From Malacoraja senta (lineage: Eukaryota): a DNA stretch of 64,000 nt. The notes beneath the pieces are model-generated. The model did no database searches, was not told the origin of the DNA, and saw only the letters and a list, made by a program, of their open reading frames with translations. The translations under genes and the position numbers were made by a program. Location of the stretch: positions 25,360,001 to 25,424,000 of the forward strand of contig CM075987.1 in the NCBI GenBank assembly GCA_038087875.1, in the 5' to 3' direction. This document shows positions 1 through 11,491 of this stretch, piece by piece; position 1 is the stretch's first letter; every line of letters starts with the position of its first letter.

Positions 1-325
1 AGGATCACTTGTTGTATGTGACGGCTGGTGGGGTGAAAGGTGAGGACTAGGGGGACTCTGCCCTTGTTGTGAGTGGGGGGATGGGGAGAGAGAGCAGTGT
101 TGCGGGGTATGGCAGAGACCCTGGTGCGAGCCTCATCTATGGTGGAGGAGGGGAACCCCACGTTCCCTGAAGAATGAGGACATTTCAGATGCCCTGGTGT
201 GGAACGCCTCATCCTGGGAGCAGATGCGGCGTAGACGGAGGAATTGGGAGTGGGGGATGGAGTCCTTACAGGAAGCAGGGTGGGAAGAAGTGTAGTCCAG
301 ATAGCCATGGGAGTCGGTGGGTTTG
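1..325 (-). mobile_element. Penelope-like element fragment (RT C-terminal/thumb region), runs off window start
   Basis: Minus-strand translation KPTDSHGYLDYTSSHPASCKDSIPHSQFLRLRRICSQDEAFH..SSFFRERG is the typical PLE post-RT motif. DNA is homologous to 3860-4140. Confidence 0.88.
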
Positions 326-391
326 CAGGTGTGGAAATAGGAATGATGTGTCAAACATCCACCAAATATTCTAAAGATAGACACAAAATGC

Positions 392-893
392 TTTACGTCT
401 TTGGAGTGTGGGAGGAAACTGAAGATCTCGGAGAAATACCACACAAGTCACAGAGAGAACGTACAAACTCCATACAGACAAGCACCCATAGTCAGGATCG
501 AACCCGGGTCTCTGGGGCTGCGATGGGCCTGTCCCACTTACTCAACTTTTTCGGCGACTGCCGGCACCCGTCATAGGTCGTTGCAGGTCGCCGAAAATGT
601 TCAACATGTTGAAAATCCAGTGGCGACCAGAACAAGGTACGACTCTATTGGGCGACTACTCACGACCGTACAGGCTTCACCCCATGACATGTCGCCTGTA
701 TGGTCGTGAGTCGTCTCCTCAGTCGCCCAAAGAGTCGTAGCGTCTTTCTGGTCGCCGCTGGATTTTGAACATGTTGAAAATGTTTGGCGACCTGCAATGA
801 CCTATTATGCCGGGTGCCGGCAATCACCAAAAAGGTCCCGTAAGTAAGACAGGCCCATTAGGCAGCAAGTCTACCGCTGCACCACCGTGCCGC
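392..893 (-). mobile_element. tRNA-derived V-SINE (HE1-like), split by a MITE
   Basis: Reverse complement carries the A box and GGTTCGATCC B box. The SINE sequence resumes (GGCAGCAA..CTACCGCTGC) after the 524-857 insert. Confidence 0.85.
524..857. mobile_element. PIF/Harbinger-type MITE, family A
   Basis: TIRs TGGGCCTGTCCCACTTAC / GTAAGTAAGACAGGCCCA, largely palindromic interior, homologous to 9394, 16548 and 22823. Right flank is TTA, left flank degenerate. Confidence 0.85.
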
Positions 894-1599
894 TGAGGTC
901 CAGGACAGAAAGGTCAGTTTGGGAATGGGAAGGGGAGTTAAAGTGTTTGGCACCCGGCTGGGTGTCCATCTTCTACATAAAGCTAGGTTTCTGGCCTACT
1001 GGTCCAGAGACATAACATAGATGTTCTCTGTACAGAGATCCAAATAGATGGACCAGACCTATTGTGACAATGCCTAATCCTCAGTCCGTCTCTCGTTGCG
1101 AAAATTAAAGTCAGCTGTGAATCATAAGATCATAATTGATGGGGGGTAGAATTAGGCCATTTGGCCCATCAAGTCTACTCCGCCATTCAATCATGGCTGA
1201 TCTATCTCTCCCTCCAAGCCCCATTCTCCTGCCTTCTCTCCGTTACCCCCGACACCCAATCAACCTAAACAACGAGTGAGAAGGAGCAGGCAGAACAGTA
1301 ATAACACTGAACAAATAAAAACTGGTAAAATAAAGTCCAGAATAAAAGGATTATTATCCTAAACCAGCACCAATAATTCCATTGGTTTTGGTTGTATTGT
1401 TGGGTAAACAGATTTTTGATTTTTAAGGTTAATCAATTATTTGTCCTCTATCTACGTATCCCGACTATGAAATCTAACCCTGTCATTTCTACATACCATC
1501 CCTTTCATCTTTATATCAGTACCAATTCCAATATTGCTTCTTGTTCCAAAGTATATGTAGCACTCAATCAAAGATCTCTGAATACAATGCTACCTAGAT

Positions 1600-1887
1600 A
1601 CATCACAGTAACTTTTGCTTTCCCTCTATCTCCAACCCTCCCCTTGGCTAACAATGCCTCGGTTATTACCCTCCCCCCGAACAACAATGATCCATTCCAC
1701 ATTTCCCTTGACCTCCGTCCCCTTTGATGTCATGTTTTCACACCTTACCCTTCCACATCTCTGTGTCTCCCTCTCCCCTGACTCTCGGTCTCAAGAAGGG
1801 CCATGACCCAAAACGTCACCCATTCCTTCTTTCCAGAGATGCTGCCTGTCCCGCTGAGTTACACCAGCTTTTTGTGTCTATCTTCAG
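1600..1887 (+). mobile_element. Penelope-like 3' end with degenerate hammerhead-like motif
   Basis: Pyrimidine-rich 3' UTR followed by ..CAAGAAGGGCCATGACCCAAAACGTCACCCATTCC..GTGTCTATCTTC, as seen downstream of the GIY-YIG ORF in the 2574-4230 copy. Confidence 0.7.
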
Positions 1888-1958
1888 GGTAAAAGAGAGG
1901 ATGAGAGACACGGAGAAAGTGTGTGTGAGAGAGAGAGAGTGGGGAAGTGTGAAGGGGA

Positions 1959-2263
1959 GGGCGGCACAGCGGAGCAGCGGTAGAGTTGTTGCCTTTCAAC
2001 GCTTGCAGCGCCAGAGACCCAGGTTCGATCCCGACTACGGGTGCTGTCTGTACGGAGTTTGTACGTTTTCCCTTGGGTTTTATCCGAGATTCTTCGCTTT
2101 TCTCCCACACGTACATGTCTGTAGGTTAATTGGCTTGGTATAAATTTAAATTGTCCCTAGTGTGTGTAGGGTAGTGTTAATGAGCGGGGATCGCTGGTCG
2201 GTGCAGACTCGGTGGGCCGAAGGGCCTGTTTCCTCGCTGTATCTCCAAACTAAACTAAACTAA
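1959..2263 (+). mobile_element. tRNA-derived V-SINE (HE1-like), near full length
   Basis: A-box-like start, B box GGTTCGATCC, central GGAGTTTGTACGTT domain, 3' GGGCCGAAGGGCCTGTTTCC and (CTAAA)n tail. Confidence 0.92.
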
Positions 2264-2573
2264 GCAAGCAGAAATTTGCTGCTGATTTTAACTTGTCTCA
2301 ATGACAGACTGCGTGAGGGTCAGGGTGGCGGGTTAGGAAGCCAAAGTAGGATACGTTGGCATAAATCCAGCTAGGTTGAGCAAGCAGTGTTGTGCCTATA
2401 TTTCCAGACCAGTGAGAGAGCTAGACTGGTGACATAAACTCAATACCAACAGTGGCAAAGGAGAATTTAATTACAGTTAATTATATAAATCTGCAGTCAA
2501 ACAAAAGTTAGCGTCACTAATAGTGACCTTGAAACTACCAGGCTGTTGTAAAAATGAAAAGAATCTGACATCT

Positions 2574-4230
2574 ATGTGTAGGAAGGAATTGCACATAGAC
2601 ACAAAAAGCTGGAGTAACTCAGCGGGACAGGCAGCATCAAAGATCCTGTAGCGGAGCAAGATAGACCACTCCTTCTAAATGCAATGGGCTGACGTGTAGT
2701 ACGCAACGGAGCGGAATGTGGACCTTTTTTTCATTCATTTCAGTAACCCGACCCGACCCGACTCGAAGTGTAATCAACGTTGCGGGGGAACAGTTTGTGT
2801 TAATAAATTATAATTCTGAAAATAAGGAGAAGATTTTTCCCAAATGACTTTTATTTTTACGAAGATGTTTCCGTAACCGGCTTCCGTCTCCGCACTAGTA
2901 TCTTTGCTCCGCGATGGGATCTTTGGTGCGGAGACGGAAGCCGGTTACGGAAATGGGGCCAAAAATGACCCATGAATCTGCCCGTGACCGTACTACGTCT
3001 TTTTCGTTGAGTGGACCATCTTGCTCGCTGTAGGGTCTTTGGGCAGCTTCTCTAGAGAGAAGGAACGGGTGACGTTTTGGGTCGAGACCCTTCTTCAGAC
3101 TGGTTAGGGATGAGGGAAATACACGGTGATGTGGAGAGATAAAGAACAATGGATGAAAGATATGCAGAAAAGTAACGATGATAAATAAGGCAGGCCATTG
3201 TAAGCTGTTGGTAGAGAAGCTAGTGCGACTTGGGTGGGGGAGGGATAGAGTGAGAGGGAATGCCGGGGCTGCCTGAAGTGAGAGAAATCAATATTCATAC
3301 CACTGGGCTGTAAGCTGCCCAAGCGAAATATGAGATGCTGTTCCTCCAATATGCCTTTAGCCTCAATCTGACAATGGAGGTGACCGAGGACAGAAAGGTC
3401 TGTGTAGGAATGGGAAAGAGAATGAAAGTGCCCAGCAACCGGGAGATCAGGTTGGTTCACGCGGGCTGAGCGAAGGTGTCATGCGAAACGATCGCCCAGT
3501 CTCCGTTTGGTCTCGTCGATGTATAAGAGTCCACATCAAGAAGAATGGATACAGTAGATGAGGTTGGAGGAGGGGCAAGTGAACCTCTGCCTAGCCAGAA
3601 AGGACTGTCGGGGTCCCTGGACAGACTCGAGGGAGGACGTATAGCGACAGGTGTTGCATCTTCCACGGTTGCTGGGGAAGGTAGCTGGGGAGCGGGTGGT
3701 TTGGGTGGGAAGGGATTAGTTAACCAGGCAGTTGCAGAAGGAACGGTCTCTGCGGAAGGCGGAAAGGGGGTGGAGATGGGAAAATGTGTCTAGTGGTGGG
3801 ATCCCGTTGGAGGTGGCTGAAATTTCAGAGGGATATGTGATGGATGCGACGGCTGATGGGGTGGAAGGGAAGGACTAGGGGGACTCTGTCTCTGTTGTGA
3901 CTAGGGGGAGGTGGAGCAAGGGCGGAGCTGCGGGGTACCGAGGAGACACGTGTGAGGGCCTCATCTATGATGGGAGAGGGGTACCCCCGTTCCCTAAAGA
4001 ATGAGGACCTCTCGGATGTTCTAATATGGAACACCTCATCTTGGGAGCAGATGCGGCGTAGACGGAGGAATTGGGAGTAGGGGATAGAGTCTTTGCAGGA
4101 AGCAGGGTGGGAAGAAGGGTAGTTGAGATAGTTGTGGGAGTCTGCAGATGCATGTTTGAACCAAAGACAGACACAAAAAGCTGGAGTAACTCAGCAGGAC
4201 AGGCAGCATCTCTGGAGAGAAGGAATGGGT
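2574..4230 (-). mobile_element. Penelope-like element, 5'-truncated and frameshifted: RT C-terminus, GIY-YIG endonuclease, 3' UTR/pseudo-LTR
   Basis: Minus-strand peptides FFRERGYPSPIIDEALTRV..RDRVPLVLPFHP, NLIYCI..CGLLYIDETKRRLGDRF (GIY-YIG) and PVAGHFHS..LEEQHLIFRLGSLQPSGMNIDFS. The terminal sequence is repeated in direct orientation at 4141-4230. Interrupted at 2638-3041. Confidence 0.92.
2638..3041. mobile_element. Non-autonomous DNA transposon with ~33-bp TIRs and 8-bp TSD (hAT-like)
   Basis: TIRs CAAAGATCCTGTAGCGGAGCAAGATAGACCACTC / GAGTGGACCATCTTGCTCGCTGTAGGGTCTTTG. TSD GGCAGCAT (2630-2637) / GGCAGCTT (3042-3049). Cleanly interrupts a Penelope end. Confidence 0.85.
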
Positions 4231-4344
4231 AGGAATTCAAAAGAGAGTTAGATTAGGGCCATAGGAATCAAGGGGAATTGGGAGAAGGCAGGAACGGGGT
4301 ACTGATTGTGGATGATCAGCCTTGATCACATTGAATGGGCTTGG

Positions 4345-4760
4345 ACACACTAGAGGCAGGAAACATGTTCCGATGTTGGGGGAGCCCAGAACCAGGGGCC
4401 ACAGTTTAAGAATAAGGAGTAAGCCATTTAGAACGGAGATGAGGAAACACTTTTTCTCACAGAGAGTGGTGAGTCTGTGGAATTCTCTGCCTCAGAGGGT
4501 GGTGGAGGCCGGTTCTCTGGATGCTTTCAAGAGAGAGCTAGATAGGGCTCCTAAAGATAGCGGAGTAAGGGGATATGGGGAGAAGGCAGGAATGGGGTAC
4601 TGATTGGGGATGATCAGCCATGATCACATTGAATGACTCGAAGGGCCAAATGGCCTGCTCCTGCACATATTGTCTATTGTCTATTGTCTATTGAATGGTG
4701 GTGCTGGCTCAAAGGGCCGAATGGCCTACTCCTGCACCTATTGTCTATGTATCTATATAT
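4345..4760 (+). mobile_element. CR1-clade LINE 3' fragment
   Basis: RTRGHSLRIRSKPFRTEMRKHFFSQRVVSLWNSLP (CR1 ORF2 C-terminus), 3' hairpin region and (CTATTGT)n tail. Confidence 0.92.
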
Positions 4761-4762
4761 TT

Positions 4763-5025
4763 ATGGAAGGAACTGCAGATGCTGGTTTAAACTGAAGATA
4801 GACACAAAATGCTGTAGTAACTCAGGGGGTCAGGCAGCATTACTGGAGAAAAGGAATGGGTGACGTTTCGGGCAGAGACCCTTCTTCAGACTGGCCCTCA
4901 GTTCCCTCTTTCTTCAGACCCTTCCTTCCAGTCTGAAGAAGGGTCTCGACCCGAAACATCACCCATTCCTTCTCTCAAGAGATGCTGCCTGTCCCGCTGA
5001 GTTACCCCAGCATTTTGTGTCTATG
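4763..5025. repeat. Fold-back (inverted) pair of Penelope-like termini with hammerhead-like motifs
   Basis: Left arm ..GACGTTTCGGGCAGAGACCCTTCTTCAGAC. Right arm GTCTGAAGAAGGGTCTCGACCCGAAACATCACC... Confidence 0.8.
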
Positions 5026-6257
5026 CTCTGACATCATTGTCAGCTATTGAAAAAAACTAACCCTCCGCCCCCCATAAAGAAAGAGTTTTAAAAAAACTGC
5101 TGTAACGTGCGTTTTGACATTCTTCTTCTTATTCATTCAGTTGATGTCGACCAGATACAATCAGTGATGCTATTACATTGCTGATTACCTCTATCACAGT
5201 TCACTGTATGAGGACTAATGGAGTGCAGGAAACCTTATCATAGCAATTATGTCTTCTTAAATACAAACGCGCTTTTGCTCAATTTCTCATTTCCCCAGCC
5301 GCAATCCACAACTCTGGTGGAGATCGCTGACCTTCTTCAAGGCACCATCAGCGCAGCCTAGAACAAATCAGTCTGCTCAAAATGGAATCAGCCCTAATTT
5401 TATTTCCTTCCTTGTACAGAATATGACCTAAGTGCCCATTTAGTTACCTGGCTGATAATGACTATTCTCATGACAGTAGTAGTTGATGAGGGACTTGCCA
5501 AAGGTCACGGCAACAGATTTTCCAGCAAAATTGGAACCTCTAACGAACATGGTCTGAACGTGTGACTGCTAAGGTGAAAAGAATATTCATTGAACAAATT
5601 TCTTGGCATTGCCTTTGAACAAATAATTCCCACTCTAGCTCAAGTTCTTTCACTTGCTGGCCATTTTATTTTTCTCTACTTGGTTGCAAAATCAAACGTG
5701 ACTGATTCTTGCCAGCTGTAGCCAGGCAGCTGCACTCTGCTATCAGCAAATGGAGAGCAGTATGGAGGAGGAAGGAACTACAGATGCTCGTTTACACCGA
5801 GGTTAGACACAAAATGCTGGAGTAACTCGGCGGGGCATGCAGCATCTCTGGAGAGAAGGAATGAGAGATGTTTCAGGTTAAGACCCTTCTTCAAACCTAG
5901 AGATCGATCCTGAGCTACTATCTTCCTCATTGGAGATCCTCGGACTATCTTTGAATCGAACTATACTGGACTTTATCTTGCACTAAATATTATTCCCTTT
6001 ATCACTGTGGATGACTCGATTGTAATCATGTATTGTCTTTCTGCTGACTGGTTAGCACGCAACAAAAGCCTTTCACTTTCCTTCTCTCCAGAGATGCTGC
6101 CTGTCCTGCTGAGTTACTCCAGCTTGATACACGTGACCATAAACTAAACTGAAACACTTGGTCATTTGCATCCAGAAGGACACGACTTGTATTCAGCAAG
6201 TCCATGCGATAGATTCAAGATTCACTTCCGAAACCTGGGATCATAATGCAACGTGTT

Positions 6258-6545
6258 CCACGATGGTGCAGCGGTAGAGTTGCTGCCTTACAGCGCCGGA
6301 GACCCGGGTACGATCCTGACCACGGGTGCTGTCTGTACGTTCTCCCTGTAGACACGTGGTTTTTCGCCGAGATCTTCGGTTTCCTCCCACACTCGAAAAA
6401 CGTACAGGTATGTATTACGTTAATTGGCTTGGCGTACGTGTAAATTGTCCCTGGTGTGTGTAAGATCATGTTAGTGTGTGGGAATCGCTGGCCGGCACAG
6501 ACTGGGCGGGCCGAAGGGCCTGTTTCCGTGCTGTATCTCTAAACT
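6258..6545 (+). mobile_element. tRNA-derived V-SINE (HE1-like)
   Basis: A/B boxes, central domain and 3' GGGCCGAAGGGCCTGTTTCC..CTCTAAAC. Confidence 0.88.
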
Positions 6546-6573
6546 CCCAGTCCAGTACGAAGATCATCGTGCT

Positions 6574-7367
6574 TCTTCTTCTTCTTGCGTATGGTGTGCA
6601 CAGCCTAAAGTTGCAAGTCAACTTGTTCTATTTGATCTATTTGTTTGTGCACGTTGGGTTGATTGCATTAAAGCGGGCATGCAGGTGCAGCAGGCAGTGA
6701 AGAAAGCGAATGGTATGTTAGCATTCATAGCAAAAGGATTTGAGTATAGGAGCAGGGAGGTTCTACTGCAGTTGTACGGGGTCTTGGTGAGACCACACCT
6801 GGAGTATTGCGTACAGTTTTGGTCTCCAAATCTGAGGAAAGACATTCTTGCCATAGAGGGAGTACAGAGAAGGTTCACCAGATTGATTCCTGGGATGTCG
6901 GGACTTTCATATGAAGAAAGACTGGATAGACTCGGCTTGTACTCGCTAGAATTTAGAAGATTGAGGGGGGATCTTATAGAAACTTACAAAATTCTTAAGG
7001 GGTTGGACAGGCTAGATGCAGGAAGATTGTTCCCGATGTTGGGGAAGTCCAGAACAAGGGGTCACAGTTTAAGGATTAAGGGGAAATCCTTTAGGACCGA
7101 GATGAGAAAAACATTTTTCACACAGAGAGTGGTGAATCTGTGGAATTCTCTGCCACAGAAGGTAGTTGAGGCCAGTTCATTGGCTATATTTAAGAGGGAG
7201 TTCGATGTGGCCCTTGTGGCTAAAAGGATCAGGGGGTATGGAGAGAAGGCAGGTACAGGATACTGAGTTGGATGATCAGCCATGATCATATTGAATGGCG
7301 GTGCAGGCTCGAAGGGCCGAATGGCCTACTCCTGCACCTATTTTCTATGTTTCTATGTTTCCACCCC
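6574..7367 (-). mobile_element. Second copy of the ribozyme-headed ~140-bp retroposon, disrupted by a CR1 insertion
   Basis: 6574-6670 is the reverse complement of the 35190-35285 body and (GAA)n tail. 7359-7367 is the reverse complement of its 5' GGGGTGGAA. An 11-bp TSD ATCATCGTGCT lies at 6563-6573 and 7368-7378. Confidence 0.88.
6671..7358 (+). mobile_element. CR1-clade LINE 3' fragment (young; uninterrupted ORF2 C-terminus to stop at 7266)
   Basis: VKKANGMLAFI..LVRPHLEYCVQFWSP..IEGVQRRFTRLIPG..RRLRGDLIETYKIL..RTRGHSLRI..FTQRVVNLWNSLP, then a (TTTCTATG)n tail. Confidence 0.96.
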
Positions 7368-7907
7368 ATCATCGTGCTGTCTCTCCAGCAGGGCTAAACT
7401 GAGGCCGTACCTTTTTTTTCAAATCCTCACAAAGCAATTTTAATGAAAAAGCAGAGATTGGCTCTTCCCAGTGCTGTGGCCAATACTTAAACCTCAACTG
7501 CTACCACCAGGATAAATCCTGTCTTTATTGATTAGTACCTGTACTATTGATTAGTGTGGGTGTCAGGCGTTATGGGGAGAAGGCAGGAGAATGGGGTTAG
7601 GAGGGAGAGATAGATCAGCCATGATTGAAAGGCGGAGTAGACTTGATGGGCCGAATGGCCTAATTCTACTCCTAACACTTATGAACTTGTACATTAGTGG
7701 GTGTTTGTCATGAGTAAATTGGTTGACAAGATTCCTGTAATTATAAGACTTTTAAAAGTACTTGTCTGGAATTGTTGCACTGCAATGTTGGGAACTCTAT
7801 TCTGCACTCTGTGTTTTTCCCTTTGCTCCACCTATTGTACTTGAGTTTGGCTTGACTGTATCTCTGTATTATCTGATTTGATTGAAAAGCATAAAAAAAA
7901 AACTTTT

Positions 7908-8190
7908 CATAGAAACATAGAAAATAGGTGCAGGAGTAGGCCATTCGGCCCTTCGAGCCTGCACCGCCATTCAATATGATCATGGCTGATCATCAAACTC
8001 AGTATCCTGTACCTGCCTTCTCTCCATACCCCCTGATACCTTTAGCCACAAGGGCCACATCTAACTCCTTCTTAAATATAGCCAATGAACTGGCCTCAAC
8101 TACCTTCTGTGGCAGAGAGTTCCAGAGATTCACCACTCTCTGGGTGAAAAATGTTTTTCTCATCTCGGTCCTAAAAGATTTCCCCTTATC
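7908..8190 (-). mobile_element. CR1-clade LINE 3' fragment
   Basis: Near-identical in reverse complement to 7080-7358. Confidence 0.92.
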
Positions 8191-8967
8191 CTTTTCACTA
8201 TACCACAGTGCATATGATAACACGTTCATATGTTCATAAGACATAAGAACAGAATTAGACCATTCGGCCCATCACGTCTGTGTTGTCCCCGTGACCTGCG
8301 TGGGTTTTCTCTGAGATCTTCGGTTTCCTCCCACACTCCGAAGACGTGCAGGTTTGCAGGTTAATTGGCTTGGTGTGAATGTAAATTGTCCCCAGTTTGT
8401 GTAGGATAGTGTCAGTGCGCGGGGATCGCTGGTCGGCGCGGGCCCGGTGTGCCGAAGGGCCAGTTTCCGCGCTGTATCACTAAACTAACTTGGGAAACTC
8501 CGTGCAGACGAGCACCCATGGTCAGGATAGAGCCATGGTCTCTGGTGCTGTAGCTATACTGGAAATATTATAAAATAAAAGCTGGAGAATGTATTTCTCA
8601 ACCTTACTTCTTGAGCCGAGTTGCAATTCCGGTGTTAATGTCGGAGTATCAATTTGCATGTGAGAGGCAGCTCGAGCAGATCAATGTGATGTTGGAAAGT
8701 AAATGAGGCAACACAGCCCACCTTCACTGTTCAGCGGCCTTAATTGACTGGAAATAAATGTTGAGTTGGAGAAAGGTATCATGATGAGCAAGCAAAATGT
8801 ACCTCTGTTTCATTGTAACCTTGCAACTATCTCCAGAAAGTCAATGACAGAACCTGAGGAGTTGGTCTGGCTGTTCATCAGCATTTTTCGGGCAAATTGG
8901 ATCGTAAGGTCAAGTGAGAGGAGCAGAATTAGGACATTCGGCCCATCAAGTCTACTCTGCCATTCAA

Positions 8968-9163
8968 TCAAGTCAAGTCACATTTATTTATATAGTACAT
9001 TTAAAAACAACTCTCGTTGGCCAAAGTGCTTTACATTTGTTATAAGAATAATATAAACAAACAAACTACATACATATATAAATATAGCTCAGAGGACGTC
9101 AAGAAAGGCTTGGGTGTATAGATAAGTTTTTAGTCTTGACTTAAAGGAGTCGATGGAGGGGGC
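8968..9163 (-). mobile_element. L2-clade LINE 3' end, truncated by the assembly gap
   Basis: APSIDSFKSRLKTYLYTQAF (L2 ORF2 C-terminus), 3' UTR TGTAAAGCACTTTG..TATATAAATAAA and (GACTT)n tail. Confidence 0.8.
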
Positions 9164-9363
9164 NNNNNNNNNNNNNNNNNNNNNNNNNNNNNNNNNNNNN
9201 NNNNNNNNNNNNNNNNNNNNNNNNNNNNNNNNNNNNNNNNNNNNNNNNNNNNNNNNNNNNNNNNNNNNNNNNNNNNNNNNNNNNNNNNNNNNNNNNNNNN
9301 NNNNNNNNNNNNNNNNNNNNNNNNNNNNNNNNNNNNNNNNNNNNNNNNNNNNNNNNNNNNNNN
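9164..9363. other. Assembly gap (200 N)
   Basis: Run of N. The flanks belong to different repeats. Confidence 1.
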
Positions 9364-9393
9364 ATAGGTTTAAGGTGAAGGGGTAAAGATTTA

Positions 9394-9680
9394 AGGGCCT
9401 GTCCCACACGCAATTTTTTCGGCGACTGCCAGCACCCGTCATGGTCGCGGAAGGTCGCCGAAAATATTCAACATTGTTGAAAATCCAGTGGCGACCAGAA
9501 AAAGGTACGACTCTTTGGGAGACTACTCACGACCATACAGGCGTCACCTGTATGGTCATGTCGTGAGTAGTCGCCCAAAGAGTCGTCCCTTTTTCTGGTC
9601 GCCGCAGGATGTTCAACGTGTTGCGACTATGACGGGTGCCAGCAGTCGCCGAAAAAAATCACGTAAGTGGGACAGGCCCT
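9394..9680. mobile_element. PIF/Harbinger-type MITE, family A
   Basis: AGGGCCTGTCCCAC..GTGGGACAGGCCCT, flanks TTA / TAA. Confidence 0.88.
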
Positions 9681-9749
9681 TAACTGGGACATGTTGGTCG
9701 GTGAGGACAAGTTGGGCCGAAGGGCCTGCTTCCACACTGTGTGACTCTA

Positions 9750-10445
9750 TATCCCCGTCCCACTTACGTGTCCTTGGCATGCTAATTACCCGACCTCGTG
9801 GTCGCATTGAGGCGCGACGGTCCCGCGAAGGTCGCACGTGACTTTATGCGCCCGCATAGCCATCTGGAGCGCGTGACGTCATTTGAAGATGGACACAAAC
9901 TGCTGGGGTAACTCAGCGGGACCGGCAGCATCTCTGGAGAGAAGCAATGGTTGATGTTTCGGGTCGAGACTCTTCTTCAGTCTGAAAGAAGGGTCTTGAC
10001 CCGAAACGTCACCCATTGCTTCTCTCCAGAGATGCTGCCGGTCCCGCTGAGTTACTCCAGCATTTTGTGTCCATCTTCAATTTTCTTGGCCCCGCTCTGG
10101 GAGTAGAAGTGGGGGCGGATCCAGATCCGCAACGGCCGTGAGCCCCAGGCCGAGCTCGGCGATGGTTTGCCTGCTTCTGCTGCTGTTGGAGGTGAGACGT
10201 TGCGTCACGCCAGGGTCTTGGGCCTGTCCCACTTTGGCCGTCAGTTATGCGACAGGCCGGTGGCGCGCGAAGATTTCGTTCGCTACAAAATTTCGGAGTG
10301 CCGCGCGATACCGTGCACAACTCCATACCCCTCCGCGCTTCTCAGTGGGACCGGCCCCGCGCGGCCACACGATGCCCGTGCGCCTCAACGCGACGACGAG
10401 GTCGCGTAATTTGCGTGCCAAGGACAGGTAAGTGGGACAGGTTTG
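9750..10445. mobile_element. PIF/Harbinger-type MITE, family C (GC-rich), containing a Penelope-end hairpin
   Basis: ~65-bp imperfect TIRs (..GTCCCACTTACGTGTCCTTGGCATGCTAATTAC / GTAATTTGCGTGCCAAGGACAGGTAAGTGGGAC..). Internal fold-back at 9883-10080. Confidence 0.82.
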
Positions 10446-11491
10446 ACTTGCCTTTATTTACTCTGCACTAGACCACATATGCAGATAATGGAGCCGATGC
10501 TCTTTGTCAGCGAGACAGCTGATCTTTAAGATGAAACAGTTGGGATACACTTCACAAGTTAGCACCTCAGCTACTTATTTTTAGTGTAGTAATGGCATTT
10601 TCAGATCTCGGTCCCACTTCTAGCGTTCGACAGTAATTGACATTAAATAACTCTCTCTCGACGTCAAATGACCTTCTCGCAGATAAATCACCGGCTACAT
10701 TTTTGCGGTATGCAATTCAAATTGTCCAACCATGAAATGGAGCTGAATCACATCAATTATCACTGCAAAAGACCAACACAGTGCGATACGATTTCATCAT
10801 CACAGGATTTTGTACAACAGCATAATTTGCTGCCAAGGAGACACAACATTCAATGATAAAAAAAAAACAATTCCATTTCACTTTTCAATCCATTTCAATC
10901 CTCATGGTAATTTAGCTTCTAGTTTTGTGACTTTCACCTTAACTTCGTCAGAGATCAAAAGGCACTCGCAGACGTGGGAACAATTCACCTCTTTAACTGG
11001 CGTTTCAAGCAGAGCGATGCATATTCAAAGTATGTTGCAATGTAACACAGCTCTGAGACATCAGTGTAATTGACATTTGACAATATGATTTACCATGGGA
11101 AACAATTTAAAATGTCATCGTATTTTCCCATTTACAGACTATGCTGTGAGCTGAGCAGATGCATAAACAGCTCTGACAATAAGTCAGTGAAAAATGTAAA
11201 AACCAGGGAAAAATACCGCAGGTCCCTCAGATAATGAACCATTTCAAAGGAAACTTTTTCTCAGCAATTGTTCCCAAGGAAATTATCATAACAACTAAAG
11301 ACGTAAGTGATTCAAGAGGTAGAAACAAAGAACTGCCAATGCTGGTTCGCACCAAAGATAGACACAGAGTGCTGGAGTAACTCAGCAGGTTCAGGCAGCA
11401 TCTCTGGAGAAAAAGGATGGGTGATGTTTCGGGTCGGGACCCCTTCTTCAGGCTCTCGTCTGAAGAAGGGACCCCACTTGAAACGTTACCC

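Noticed and set aside
1959..2040. tRNA genes at SINE heads
   Set aside because: A/B boxes run directly into SINE body and tail, with no complete cloverleaf.
5299..5361. Possible terminal exon PQSTTLVEIADLLQGTISAA*
   Set aside because: Acceptor-like site only. No recognisable homology or supporting upstream exon.
6478..7266. 262-aa ORF, the longest in the window
   Set aside because: Chimeric read-through of a SINE tail, the antisense ribozyme-retroposon body and CR1 ORF2. It is not a host gene.
9391..9683. TTAA TSD suggesting piggyBac or Kolobok
   Set aside because: Other copies with the same terminus show exact 3-bp TAA/TTA duplications with the TIR one base longer. TTAA here is probably coincidental.
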